From: Azolla caroliniana
Taxonomy: Eukaryota; Plantae; Polypodiophyta
Reading direction: 5' to 3'
Length of the DNA: 64,000 nt
Assembly: GCA_043228905.1 (NCBI GenBank)
Contig: JBHGNT010000015.1
Span: 3,658,001 to 3,722,000 of the forward strand
Part shown: positions 38,043 to 52,233 of the stretch, piece after piece
Numbering within the stretch: the first letter of the stretch is position 1
How the letters are laid out: each line of letters starts with the position of its first letter
The notes under the pieces: model-generated
The model's database searches: none
The model's input: the letters and a program-made list of their open reading frames with translations, nothing else
What the model was told of the DNA's origin: nothing
Program-made: the position numbers and the translations under genes

Positions 38043-40477
38043 ACATTGTCTCTCGAGGAGTGAGAGGGATGCATGTCCTCTTGTAAGTCTATCCGTCGTT
38101 GCTTGTGTCATCGAAAATTTACCTGAGCGGGCACTGAAAGTGACTCCGAGATAGACATATGATCCAACCACCTCAACTGGGCTATGGGAGATAGTTAGGT
38201 GACACTTAGCTCTAACTTGGGCCGACGTGTGGAAGATAAGGACTTTAGTTTTCCCTAGATTCACTACCAATCCTCGTTGTGTGCAAAAGTCATCTAAGGC
38301 ATTAAGGTGCCTTTGTAGGTCGTGTTCGGATTCAGAGAGCAAAACTATGTCGTCTGCATAGAGCAAGATACACACCTGCGTATCCCCAAGGACTACTCCA
38401 TTGCCTCCCTTACGAGCAATAAAATTTGTGATCTCATCAATGTAGATCCCAAAAAGAGTTGGAGATAAGGGGCAACCTTGTTTTACACCAATAGTGCTAG
38501 TGAAACTATCGGATATGCCGCCTGGGCATCGAACACACCCGGACACTTGTTCATATAGTGCGTAGATGGCCCAAGCCATGTCATCTGGTATCCTCAAGCT
38601 CTTAAGCCTATCAAACAACCGCTCTCTAGGGACCGTGTCAAAGGCTTTGCGGGAGAAGCCTTTACTCTTCTTCTCAATGAGGTACACCCAAGTGTACCGA
38701 GTAAAGTTGTCGATGAAGGAGACGAAGTATCGGCTCCCACCCATGCTCACACAGCTTGTCGGTCCTCATACATCCGTGTGGATTAGATTGAGCCAATTCC
38801 GGTTCTGATTCTTCGCATCAGGGAATGGGAGGTTATAATGCTTCCCAAGTTGACAAGCTTCACATATTTGGGCTTTTCGACCACTGCACTTTGGCAGTCT
38901 GGAAACCACCTACTTCGACTGAAATTCTTGGAGCTTCTGATAATTGGTGTGGTTGATCCGCTTAGGCCACAGGTTGATGTCGGATTCGACCTTCTGTCCT
39001 TTTGCATACATTGTGGCGCAAAACATCATTGCTCTCGAGGATAAACATCCTCCCGTCTCTACACCCACCCGCAGTCAATCGTCCCTCGTCTTCAATGAAG
39101 CAGTCGAGGTGATTGAACCATACTTGCATGCCTTGATTGATGATTGTTCGACGGATACCAAGTTTTTCACAATCATCGGAACATGCAGTACATTCCGCAT
39201 CACCCCCTTTTGTCCTACATTATTGAGCGATACATCACCCACGTGCTCGATGTGATGCATAGTGTTGTTGCCTGTTTCGACAACTCCTGGACGATCCAGT
39301 TTCTCAAGAGAGGTGAACCATTCTGTGTGGTTCATCATGTGGTTTGACGCTCCAGAATCCACATACCACACCTCTTCCAGCTTAGAGGTGCAGATTCCCA
39401 TCCGATTTGCCTTGTGCTTCATCACGAGAGCAAGGCCCATTTTGGCTCACCCTAAACCTTCAGCGAAGTGTAATCTTTGACGCCTATTTGTCTCCCCAGC
39501 TCAATCCGAATTGGCACGCTTTTTCTAGCACTCGCATTCCTTGTGACCCTTCCGGCCATAGTACCAGCAGTTGGTGGCTTTGTTTTCCTTACCTCTGGCA
39601 CCACCATGACTCCCCCTGCTTGTGGAGGGTCCACAAGTTTCGGCACCTCCTCAATGCATCCGGTTCTGTTCTTTCCGACTGCCACCATTGCATGTTGACC
39701 ATGGGGCCTATCAACCTCCGTGTACAACATCTAGTTGTCCGACTACATGCTTCTTGACACACTTGTATGGTTTTCTTCGACCATAAGCATAGATTGCAGG
39801 CCGAACAACAACAATGGTTTCTCCCTCATGCAAATAGTTGTCTGGATCAGCTTGTACCTCGGGGATAGACCACCAAGGCAAATCTATACCATGTCTTCCT
39901 CGTCCACCAACACATTGATGGACCCTAAGGCATCGCAGATCTCCTTGATCTTCGGATATTGTCGAATATTGTGCAACTCTTGGCGAAGCTGCAACTTCCG
40001 AACCATGGTACTTACGACGAAAACCTTCTTGAGATTTTCCCATGCCTCCTTCGACATCTTTGCATTCCGAATGTAACCCAACATCTGATCATGCACACAG
40101 GATGCAAGGCAGTACAAGACTCTACTTGTGCCGATTCTGGCACTACTTCATTTTCTCCTTGGATGTAACTCCAATAGTCATGCCCGAGCAAGTACTGGTG
40201 CATCTTGCATTCCCAAGATGTGTAGTTGCTTTTGTCCACCTTCTCTGTCGGAAGAGCACCGCCCATGCTTTTGTCCATGTTTTTGTTCTTCCTTTTCCGG
40301 AACCTTGCTAATGACTCTTGTCAATAAGCTACGTCGACTGCAAAGGATGCTTCTCAACCTCACACTTTGATACCCTGTAGAAGAATACATGTGGAAGCTT
40401 ATGCGACACACAGAATGCACAATCAGTTATCCGAAAATACAACAGTTAGGTAAACATAAAGAATGCAGATACACAAT

Positions 40478-40509
<32 letters not shown>

Positions 40510-40511
<2 letters not shown>

Positions 40512-43500
40512 GATAGATAGATAGATAGATAGATTATATTATCGACTTCGGAGGTCAAATATGACCTATGAGACCAAAAATATTACATTTCACGTGATAC
40601 GTGTGAAAGTGAGTAGTGACTCTCGATGTTCAAGAACTTTACCAATGAATGTTGCAATCAAGAGTGCACATTGTGGTTGTGAGAGGAATTCATGCAAGGA
40701 TTGGGCTCAGTCGAAGAGATGTGGAAAGCATGGTCGAATATGATCAAAGGCAGAGCATTGTATTAAAGTGTGATACTCAGACTCGCGAACTTGTTTAGGG
40801 CAAAGTGTGCATAGCTGACCACTTTCATCACTTGTGCCCCAACGCCCTATTTCACATCGCAATGCATGTGAGCTAAGTTGCATGGAAGCAATGGTTCGAA
40901 TGGCAGATAACAGTATAGGCTCTAACATGTATCGATGTGTATGATTTCCCTGTTCCGCAAAGAATATGGTTTTGTAGTTAGGTGCAACATGTGTAATATA
41001 ATGTGTGAAGCATGAGCCTCCACATTTGTCCCATATCATGATACATTGGCATTGCAAAAAGGCCTCATTTACAAAGGAATCGAATGATGCATCATGAAGC
41101 AAGTGTCTCGCATCCCATCTACCAAACCATTTTTCTATATCTTGCATCCAACCGGAACACAAAATTTTGCTTTTATGCATCTTTTGGATCTTTTTGCTTG
41201 CTTCCCACGCAATTCTAGGAAGTCGATGTCAGGGACTTTTTTGAACCTTAAGCATGTATTCAACAACCCTTTCCATGGCCATGATCTCAATGGGAAGCGA
41301 TCCTGTCTCAAGGAGGAGGGTGTAGGGCGTTTGTTTCTTAACTTGTAGAAACTTTGTAAGAAAATGTTTTTGGACATTTTCAAACTCTTTCCACATAGAT
41401 TTAGGAATGCTACCACCCCATACTTCCACCCCATAAAAAAGAACCGGTGTCACCAAACTGTCGAAAAGATATTTCTTGAGGACCCAACACTTAATATCTC
41501 CAAGATTGCATGTGTTCGCAAATGCATAGTATGCTCGCTTACCTGTCTCTAAGAGGCGTGTAGCACATTCATTCCATCTATGATTTGAAGGGACTTCAAG
41601 GCCAAGATATTTGAAGCTTTCCACACATTCAAGTGGCTCATTGTTGTACATAATGCATGGTTTATCTCTTTTTTGTCTCTTCACAAGCATAATCTTTGTT
41701 TTAGAGCTATTGACACTTAATTTAGTATGCATGCAAAAAATTTCCAATGCCTTCATAAGCTTTTGTGCATCTCCTAAAGTATTTGCAAAAAGTACTACAT
41801 CATCTGCATATAGCAAAAGCATAATCACAACATTCCCAATGGCAACTTCTTCAACACATTCTTCCTTTGCAAACTTGGTAACCATTTCTTCAAATTCATC
41901 AATGCATAGACCAAATAGTGTTGGTGAGAGTGGGCATCCTTGCTTAACACCAATAGTGCTTTTGAAAAAATCTGAAAGTTTATCTCTCATGCGCACACAA
42001 CATATAACCTTCTCATAAATTCGAGAAATTGCAAGCATATATTCACTTGGCACCTCAAGTTCTTCCATTCGCCTCCAAAGATGCTCACGAGGTACCATAT
42101 GAAAAGCTTTCTTAATGTCTACAAAGCAACAATATAAACCTTTACCTCTAAGGCGACTTTCCTCCATTAATACTCGAAGGGTGATAAGGTGATCAATGGT
42201 GCTATGGTGTTTCCGAAAGCCAGCTTGTCCATAAGCTCTCTTACCATTTTTTTCAGCCATAAACTTATCTTTGATTCCATCATACATCCAAATAATTTTG
42301 CCATTAATGAGCCAACCATGATTGTTCGATAGTTGTTTACATTATTTATATATCCACCTTTATGTAAAGGTTTGATCCAATTTGTAGTCCAATCGTACGA
42401 CATACCATGTTGCAATGCATCATTAAACATATCGTTTATCCATATATGTGCTTCCTTTCCCGTCCATTTGAGCATTTCAGCCTTTATACATTGAAGATCG
42501 CTTGCCTTTCGAGAGGCCAATTTCTTAAGTCCTATGCATATATCTTCAATTGTAAAGAAGGGAGGCATGTGTGAAAGAGAACCATAACACATCATCTTTC
42601 TGGCAAGAGATAACTCATATAAATTCTTACAATGCATAGACAAGTCGTGAAGAGTTAAGTCACCATAACTCTCAACACGTTTCCCCTTTAGATTTCCCCA
42701 AAATTTAGCACATGCATGTGCTTTCTCTTGCGTTTGGGTAAATTGTTGAGTAACTTCCCATATTCTTCTCTTTCTTTGAATAAGCCTTTTATACTCATGC
42801 AAATGCTTTTGGTAATTCTCTTTATCCTTAACTACATCCTTAACTACATCCAAAACCGTAAGGCACTTTCAAGCTTCACGACATTCTTTATCAAACCATT
42901 TTTTCCTAAGTTTCTTGGTGCATTTCCAAGATGTGCGGTTGGTTGAAAAACATTTGTTTGTACAGGAGAGAATAACTTTCTTGAAAGCTTCCCATTTGCA
43001 TGTGGCACCATGTTGTATCTTTGTCATTTGTAACATATCCTCAACCATCTTGGAATACATGGGTGCTCGCTTAAGGTTCATGCTCAAGTGCGGTTGTTTA
43101 TTAACTTCAATAGCCTTCTCACAATCAAACCTATGCATACATTTGAGATCAATACATAAAGGCCTATGATCGGATTCCGGTGTCCATTCACCAAGTGAGA
43201 AGTTATGTATACGATCCAAAATACCTTCGGAAAGTAGCACATAGTTAATCACACTATTTTCGTTGTGTTTTCTACATGTAAAACCATTAGTGTTGGGCCA
43301 TAAGGAAATACCATTTGCAATAAGCAATCCGGTACTATTGCACATTTGTAGGAGTAACTTCCCAAATTGGTCCGGATCTTTTTCATCGCTAGAAGAGTGG
43401 TTATGCATTTGCATATCCTCTTGCATCCTTAAGATATGTGGCATGAAAGATTCTTGTGAATCAAGTTGGAAACTTCTTGTACGAGCATTCATGTCACCAA

Positions 43501-44900
43501 AGACAATAACTTCCCCTTTGGATTTGAAATAAGCAATATCATCTTCTAGATTGGCAAAAGGTTTATCTTTATCCAAACAAGCATAAAAGTTAGAATCTTG
43601 ATGAGGAATGTAACATCCAACTACAAAAGTGGGCAAATCATTAGGTGTTTCTATTTTGAGCCATATGTAGCATTTATGTTCATCATTTTTTATGATTGAC
43701 ACATATTTCTCTATTTCCTTCTTAATCAAACATGTCACACCTCGTTGTCCTCTTCTTTGTCTTAGATTTTTCTTCCATATCAAAGAGTGTACATTATAGT
43801 TTCCTAAACCTTGAATCCTTTCAGTATCATGCTCCCATGTTTCAACAAGAAGTGTGATATCCGAGTCATCGGTGAACTCCTTTATGCCAAATCCTGCATT
43901 CCATGGGTAACTATTGCAATTCCAAAACCATAGTCGTAAAAGGCGTGGGTTAGTCTCATAGATCATGTGTCCCTATTTGCCTACATTTCCATCTTTAGGC
44001 ACATCCTTAACCTTATTTTTTAATCTTTCTTCATATGCTTTATGGCGAGCATTTTGTTGTGAGATAGTACGATCTTCACTCACAAAGCATTGCGTACCTT
44101 TGAGGTATACCCAACTATTTTCGAGTATGATTTGCCACTTTGTATCATCTGTCATTGTGCATACAATAGGCCTTTCTCCGGAGCGAGTAACACCATGTTT
44201 CCCAACTCGGTGTGCCCCATATACATTCACATCTGACATCCCATAATGCATGTTAAAAAATTCACCAATGGCCTTTCCAAGGGACGCGGGTGTTTCCATA
44301 CTCTCTTCTTTAATCCCACGGATGACTATGTTCTTTGATCGTTGTTCACGTTCTTTCAATTCTCGAACATCTATGCTTTCTATATTCTTATCTTGATGCA
44401 TCACATGCATATTAGATGAGTTTGATAGCACATCCCCACCACATACATCGGCCCATGACTTCGTTGTACACACATTTTTCATCTCACTTACATCCTGCCT
44501 CATTGTGTCCAATGTTTCTTCTTTTAATGCTTCCTTTAACTCAATCTTGTTAAGGCGCTCATTTTTCGAAAGAACCTCTTTTACATTCTTGAATCTCTTC
44601 TTGAAGTTTTGCAACCACTTGTTTAAGACTTTCATTCTGAATGACAACACTTTGGAGCTTAGCATTCTCTTTCATTAACGTCCTAATCTCTTCATCTTTC
44701 TTGTTTATGGTTTCTTGAAGAGAAGTCAAGTGACTCATAAGCATTTTGTCCATTGCATTGGAAGAAAGGGATAAGTTTGCTTCCTTGCCCTACGTAAGGA
44801 TCCCGCCATGTCCATTGCAAAGGGTCCCAATTGACCTTACGTAGCCATGTGTTTTCATGAGTACATATGTGCCAATCGGGTTGTACTTTGAGCAGATCAG
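40510..44900 (-). mobile_element. Near full-length RTEX/CR1-like LINE (family A): ORF1 plus ORF2 (APE-RT-Cys/His domain)
   Basis: ORF1 ~44753-43973 (coiled coil, KNIVIRGIKEE, AHRVGK, RPIVCTM). ORF2 starts at 43966 with WNCNS, ETW, GDMNAR, SDHRPL, QAGFRK, GVKQGCPLSP, YADD, CTLC..ESEYH. Few frameshifts. (ATCT)n tail. Confidence 0.92.
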
Positions 44901-44974
44901 GATCTACAATCCATTTATGACCAGTATACGCGAGTACTCGAATTGTGTTATTGTGTGTTGGTGTCTCAGTGTCT

Positions 44975-46200
44975 CACAATTCAAAGCCTTTGATACTGTC
45001 TGGTGTTCCCCTACCTCTCGAGATTAGAGATCCCTCCTCCTCGTGGCCTATCCATTTCTCCATTGTCGTCCTTTGAGTAGCAGTTTCCCTAATCAATAGA
45101 GCGTTAATGATTTCCGATCTCATAGTCCGTCTGCCCCTAATTCCATGGAGTATGTTGGCTTGATCTTGTAGTGGCAGAGACATAAACCGTCACCAACATT
45201 CTATACTTTTTCCTAGACCTTCTGCAATGTATCCCCATGACAACCCCTTACATGATCCCAGTAGTTGATTAGATTCATCCTTGATACATGGGTTCCATAA
45301 GATACGTTAACTGAGCCAGGCAGGTTCAGAACTCGGTTGATCGCACTTGAGCCCTCGTCTAATGTCACACCATGCCTTCCACATGGATGCACTAAATCTA
45401 TCCTCCAATTGGTGGGAGAAACTAGGTTTGAGATCCATGTTTAGAATCCATCCCATTTGGGGGGCCCAATTGACCCATTTTCTTGGCCTAAAGTAAGCAA
45501 AACGTAACCGCGGTAGCATTTTCCAACAGTCATTTCCGGGTTGGAGTCTTCACACCACAAATTTGGCAAGTAAGGCTTTTGATTGTGAAAGGGGATCAAT
45601 AAGACCCAATCCCCCTCTCGACTTAGGCGTTGTGAGTATAGACCACGCCACCTTGGCACGAGTTACATGGTCTTCCTTACCAGACGAAATGTAGTTGCGG
45701 ACCAGTTCTTGAATCTGATGTATACCTTCTTTGGAGATTGTCCATAGACTGTATCATGTTGTTGCGAGTAGTACTTGGTTTGCCACTATGATGCGACCCG
45801 CTAACAACAATTTTTTCGAACTCCAATGTATTAGCTTTTGTCAAATGGAATGGATAACGGGTGCAATCATAGTCTTTGGCGGTATGTTGAAACCAATTTG
45901 GAAGCCCAAATATTTTGTGCTCGCTCCTTGATTGATCCAAGGTGCCACGCCGGATGTGTTTCATGAGAAAGCCATATTGCGTAGGATTTGTGCCAATTGA
46001 TCATGGCATTGGATCTCTTGCAAAATACAACTAACCCACTTTCCAACTTTTGGAGGTTTTCCAAGTCCCCTTGTAGGTAAACCGTTGTGTCATCTGCAAA
46101 TTCTATATCCAGGATGCTTTGGTGAGAATGAGGTACAGGAAGACCGCGTAGGTTGAGATGCCACGAGTTGAGAAAGAAAGAGAGTGCTTCGCAAATGAGT
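44975..46200 (-). mobile_element. Decayed L1-like LINE RT and post-RT fragment
   Basis: ILDIEFADDTTVYLQG..ENLQKL...FCKRSNAMINWHKS. Confidence 0.75.
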
Positions 46201-48769
46201 TATTAATTTAAGAAGTTGGTAGAAATCTATTAAACATGTAGTTTCTAGACCATTTTTAAAGTTAATGAATTTAAAAGACCAAATGCAATTAATACATTAA
46301 TGCGGCAAAGGTTTAAGCATTTGAGACATGTTAAAATTTCTTCAATTGACTATTAAATTAGGAAACTTTTTTGAAAAAGGATGGATATCAATGATGTCTA
46401 GATATAAAATGTTGGGAACTCCCAACATATCAACATGGTATAAACATTTGATATCTAGATTCAAGAATCATGAGGAGTTTTAGGTGTGTGTGTGTGTGTG
46501 CGTGCGTGATAAACCTTTGGGTAAAATTCATTTGGACAAACTTTCTGGTGTAAGAGAAGATTCCACACACATTTGTGGGACCACGGTATAACAATCTTCT
46601 ATGATCAAATTCTATCAAATGTAGCAATATATTTTTCACATCAATGAAAAGAATTATCCTTAGACTTAAAGTAATTTACATCCTAAAGTAACGTTCACGT
46701 ACTAATAACATTTAAATGCGTTAACAACACTCTAATTGTATCAAACAACGAAAAGTTTGAAACTTAGATTTAAGTGAGTGTACCTATACCAATAATATAT
46801 TCGCACACTAAAACATTGAAATGCATAAGGTAGACAATTTAATCAAATTATATTCATCCTTCTAAAATAAAACTTTAGACTGAGAATGAAACTTACAATT
46901 AAAATGTAAAAGATAGGAACAATTAAAAGGAAGAAACTTATAAACGAGAATGAAACATATACTTATAACGAGATTGAATTTACAAGAATGTTTTTATATG
47001 GTTTACAAAAATGTAGGGGTACTACAAAATTCTACATGGCAATAAGGGTGTCTTCATTATTTTCCTCGTCGTCCTTTTGAGGACTCTCATCCAAATCCTA
47101 TGCATGGTTATCCACTCCAGATAAGCTGGAAATCGTGGGGTTCTCTAGAAGCTCATCATCAAGCTTAATAAGCTCCCTAGGTTCACCAGCCAATGGAGGA
47201 ATAGGCACACGAGAGGCACTTTGGAAATCATTATCTTCTTCTTCTTCTCAATTATTTTTCTTCCTCTTCACTTCACACTTCTTGTTCCGTAAAGCTATTG
47301 CTAGCTTCTTAACTCTGATTGATTTCTTTGCTCATTCCTTGATTTTCCCCCTCCCTCCCCTAGTGGTTTTTATAGGCTACTCACCACCCTTCATTAGTGT
47401 GGTTGAGATGCTTCTAGGGTTTTCTAGAAGTTTCTAGAACCCTCTAAAAATGGCCATGTTCAAATTTAGGTCAATCATTCTCTCAAATTACACCTATTGC
47501 CTTAAATATATAAAGCTTGTATTAATTCATAATTATAAAAATGGTCAAACATGCACATAATTTGTTATAATGTTACGGCCCATCGAACAACCAACGTCCA
47601 AGCATCGAAAAAATGGAGTACCAAAAGGGTGACATGGAATGGGTAACAATTTGTGTGGATGAGGTCCTTAATTTGACCAAGGGACCGAATGAAGCTAGTA
47701 TCTACCATTTATTTTTAGAATGGACATTTTCGTGAAGATATTAGCATCACCTCCTTTTGAATAATTTGGTGAAAATATCTTTCTTACAAGACCGATTCCT
47801 ATTATTTTAACTTCAATATACCTAATTTCAAGTTCATTGACAACTTACATGGCACGTTCTACTCTTGCTTAAGTTGCATACTTGTCTAAGTGAAAATCCT
47901 TAAACCCCCTTTAACAACGTGAGGATCTTTTTCTTTAATTCTTTTTTCCAAAAACAAATTTCCTTCCATTAGTTATATATTTTTACAAATGTTATCTACA
48001 AATCCCAAAAGGGACTTGATAGTTCCATCTTATGTGGAGGCCCACTGACTCAAGAAAGAGAGAGGACGACCATTGTTGGATGATGGCTAATCGTTGTCTT
48101 TCAACCCATCGGATCTGCCGATGATGCTATCATATGATAAAGAAATTATTATGATAATGAAAGTATTTCTTAAAGTTTTCTCCATTTTTCTATACCTTTG
48201 GTTTCATTTCGTCCCTCACATTCTGCCTTCTCTTGTTTTTGTGAATGAAAAACAAATTATTCTTCTTTCACTAAATCATTGAAACTTTTGTTGCCTTGTG
48301 ACTAATCTTAGAAATGTCAACTTTTCTTGATTTGGGATAGAATGTGCCATAATGGCTGATATGAATTAATCATTAGACACATTCTAACTTTCTATCTTTT
48401 TAACTCTAAGCTAAATGTATGACTCATTGTTTGTTTTCTTCTTGTTTCTTACATATAATTTCATCTCAATATTTTATACCTCTTCCTTCATGAGTTTCTA
48501 GGTGTGAGTATCCTTTGAGAACTAATTGGGCTTTCAACTTCTTGTCAATGCTTCATTTTTTGGTGAATTCTTTTTTTTCCAAAAAGAAGCTACTTTCCCA
48601 TTAGTTAGGAGAGATTATTACAAAAAAACTATACAGGGTGGCTTATACATAAATCGGAGAATCACCCCCTGATCGAGTTCAAGAATATTAGACTACGTAC
48701 ATATCCTTTCAAATTGACTACTTAATGTAAGTAGGTACTTATAGCTATAAACTAGTGCCCTTCATCACT

Positions 48770-49197
48770 GGATAGTACAAAGTTGGATCTTGTGGCCTAC
48801 AACGAAGGGACGGTGGGAGGTGAGTAGGAAACAGCCAGCGTAGGGGCTGGTAGTTCCACCTTAGGCCTTTCCTCCTTGCGTCACCATTGGCGTGTTCCAC
48901 CATTTCTACCAAAAGCGCAAACAGGCAATGACCTCGTCGTTGGAGTGGCCGCAAACCTCGACCAATTGCCCTCGTAAGCAGCTGATAATTGCGAACCATA
49001 CATCCATGAACTTGGAAGACCTTTAGGTAGCGTGCTTTCTATACATACCATTGGGTGAAGCTTGTGATCAACATACAAATCTCCTGATTGGGAATTTGGG
49101 GGTCATACTAGATCTTGGAAGACCTTTAGGCAGCGTGCTTTCTATACATACCACAGGGTGAAGCCTGCGATCAACATCCCGATCTCCCGATTGGGAA
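48770..49197 (-). mobile_element. L1-like LINE 3' ORF2 fragment with ~85-bp local duplication
   Basis: TQWYV*KARYLKVF matches the L1 C-terminal WxIWKARxxxxF motif. 49010-49093 is repeated at 49113-49196. Confidence 0.5.
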
Positions 49198-49249
49198 ATT
49201 ACCTAAATTTCGAAGTTTGATACTTTCTCATGCATTCCAACTAATTGAA

Positions 49250-50850
49250 TATTCAAAATTGGATTTTGTTTCCTTATCAATTAATAAAGCAAATGATACC
49301 ATGCCACCATTTTCCTTAGGTGTTTTGACAATATGTCTTTCTTTACCATTACCAATATAGGTGCTTCGTGGTTCTCTTCTTCATCTTGAGTTTGACTTGT
49401 TGGACTATGCATCTCTTTGAGCGCCACACTAATGGTTCATTTCAATACTCAATCTTCTCTAAGAGTTAACTCATTAACTTCTTTCTTCAACATATTGGCT
49501 TTATTAAATGTACCATCTCTACTCAAGAACTTCTTTGATTTTGTATCTCAAAACAAACACCCATTAACACCTTTTCACTTAGCCAATGACATTTTTTTCT
49601 TGATTTTGCATTTCGCTTTGTTTGCTCATGTCATGGTATATACATATCAATTGAGACACTTGGAAATGTGCAATTAGAGATGATCTTCCTACCAAATTAG
49701 AAACTCTTTAGTGATCTTGCATTGAGCCTCATTCATTGAGCTCTTTGAAGTAACATTATATTCATATTTCAATAATTCCAAGGTGAGTGTTTTCTCCATT
49801 CTTGCAGAAATCTAGAAAGGCATTGTCTTTGTACTTGGTCCTACTGTCACTTAAAATATACTTCAACTTTATGCATATCCAGTTTTCGAACTCAACCTTC
49901 TATTGTTTGAAAATGTTTGACCACCTCAAATCCATACTTCATAAAGTATGTTGGCACATTTCCAAGGATCAATAAATTTGACAAAATGGATAGAACTCTA
50001 TGTAATGCAACGAGAGCAAGTCCTTGTGAATCAAATTATGATAATCAAGAAAGCATTTGCTAATTTGGGGCAAGGTTTTGAAACTTAACATTTTCTACTC
50101 CCCCATAACATGAAATTCGTAGAGCTCCAAATTGCACTGCTTCACACATTTTGTCAGATTGTTTGTGTGCAACTTTTTTTCTATAAAAAATATCCTCCAT
50201 TGGTATTAAAATTAAAGTGGCCCGAGGCAATATACAAATAGTATATAATATATGCCACCTCAACCATTAAAGATCATCAGAGAAAAAGGACCAAATAGTA
50301 TATAATTGTTTGTGTGCGACCTGCTTTGCCTATATTCATTGAGATGGCCTAACCACATGTACCATTGTAGTTGTCTGCTTTGTTGGATTTAATGCTCCAT
50401 CTAAAACAATGGGTCTAGTCTCTAAGTAGCTTATGTAAGTTTCCGTCTATATCTCCCTTCATCATATCAAGAGTTGTTTGCAATTTTTCTAAAAACACCT
50501 TTGACCAACAAACTATAGCCCAGAGAATCCAATATTCCAAGGGTATCAATTTTTTCTTCAACTCAGGAACATGTCTAGCATGTCCCAATGTTTTGGCAAT
50601 ACCCTCAAGCATTTTGATCTTCAATATATCAATTATGATAAACTTGCAATTAATGACAATACCCAATATCTATCAATAAATATATGTCATTTATTCATGA
50701 ATCGTCAACAATGGTTAATAGAATGGGGGCCATTCCATTTAGAAACTTTGCCGTCATGGCTAGTAGAAATCCACAATATAGAGTGGAATGGCTTCAAGGA
50801 TCAACTGTCATTGACTATAAGTATTAAGGACATCTCCATTTGTGATCTTT
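49250..50850 (-). mobile_element. Highly decayed Copia pol remnant
   Basis: IKMLEGIAKTLGHARHVPELKKKLI...MKGDIDGNLHKL (50415-50666) matches the protease/GAG-pre-integrase region. Confidence 0.65.
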
Positions 50851-51426
50851 AAAAAGGACAACATTAATGGAAGTTTACAATAATGATGGGGTATCTTAAA
50901 AAAACTCTTTCAAATGCAAATTATTTGTTTGTGCATGTTAGTGGGTGAGCTCCCGTTTATTGTTGGCCATTCAAGATGCAACATTCCAAATGGTCCCTAC
51001 TTCATTTCTCATATAATTTAGGATACTTGTCAATGCAGGTTTGTATCAAGCCAAATGGCATAACCTATCTAAGATGTGACTAAATCATGGATGTGTGGTT
51101 GCATTTTTTTGCATATGTGATGGTTGTGTAACAAATTCTATGTTTTTGGTGTTGTTTGCATTGTTGGACTATCTAAATGGGTTCATCTTTTATTCCCATT
51201 ATGGAATGCATAGCCAATATCATCTCTTAGGAAGGTCTCCTTCACTTGTAATTTGACATCACAGTGATGAGGGGCATTATTACAAACGATGATTTGGCTC
51301 CTTGGCGTGAAGTTGTCTCTTTAGTTGCTTTTTTAGGAATGCTCGTTGTCTTGTGACTTTTGTACAACATAATAATGAATACAATTACCTATTGCGAAAA
51401 AAAAGAAGGGAAGTAGTTTTGGAAGT

Positions 51427-51830
51427 CCACTGACTCCTAGTAACACTAATCGTCATAATCATAATGTGCACTCTAGATTGCAATGTTCATTAGTAAAATT
51501 CTTGAACATGGAGAGTCATTGCTCAATTTCACAAATACACCACTGACTCCTGGTAACACTAATCGCCATAGTCATAATGTGCACTCTAGATTGCAATGTT
51601 CATTAGTAAATTTCTTGAACATCGAGAGTCATTGCTCAATTTCACAAATACTCCACTAACTCCTGGTAACACTAATCGCCATAGTCATAATGTGCACTCT
51701 AGATTGCAATGTTCATTAGTAAATTTCTTGAACATGGAGAGTCATTGCTCAATTCCACAAATACTACATAAAAATATTTCATGTTTGGTCTCATAGACAT
51801 AATAGACCTCCAAGAACAATAACAATATCC
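51427..51830 (+). repeat. Three 113-bp tandem units derived from the 3' end of a family-A-like LINE, followed by its 3' terminus
   Basis: Units start at 51427, 51540 and 51653. Their reverse complement aligns with 6730-6810. GGTCTCATAG...GACCTCC at ~51787-51811 matches the LINE 3' end. Confidence 0.8.
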
Positions 51831-52233
51831 ATGTACTATTAAGGGCAAGTTTTTCCCCTATAAACATGAAAAATAACTAAATTGCAGGGTGTGTTGCATT
51901 ATTTGGATTCTTGGGTGTATGAGATCTCTCCTTTTCCTTCCTCTAATAGCAATGACATACTAGCGCAAACTCATCCCACACTTACAAATGTACGAAAATC
52001 CATTCCTTCACAACAATTTGTCATTCCTTTTAGGCCATGAGATCGGTCAATCATTGTACCATTATGTAGCTTAAAAGATATATATATAAAACATTGTGAG
52101 TATGTATGTATATCATTCATGAGAAGATTATATATATACTATAGTTGAGATGATGGTGTTCATTGTTACAAAGATGTTGACAAGGTAAGTTGATTCGATA
52201 AGAGTGACAAAGCCCTTAGAGTGTTTAACCTTC

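Larger units (their letters stand above)
33126..38649 (-). mobile_element. 5'-truncated RTEX/CR1-like LINE (family B) inserted in the Copia integrase; itself split at 34551-38042
   Basis: CGGGA duplicated at 33121-33125 and 38650-38654, with a (TTTC)n tail. RT motifs KAFDTV, GVKQGCPLSPTLF, LYADD, YLGV. C-terminal SHQLEIENGR...ERICRLC...EDEYHFTCKC. Confidence 0.88.
31050..40460 (-). mobile_element. Ty1/Copia element (gag/protease 38650-40460; integrase/RT 31050-33125) split by nested insertions; RNaseH deleted
   Basis: Motifs: WYVDSGASNHM, YFVSFIDNFTRYTWVY, AERQNRTMVE, WVYKVK...YKAKLVAKGY, MDVKNVFL, LYGLKQAPRAW, LYVDD. The integrase is continuous across the 33125/38650 junction. Confidence 0.9.

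Noticed and set aside
38022-38750. Novel integrase-RT fusion gene
   Set aside because: It is a chance in-frame junction between the Copia integrase and a 5'-truncated LINE, ending at another insertion.
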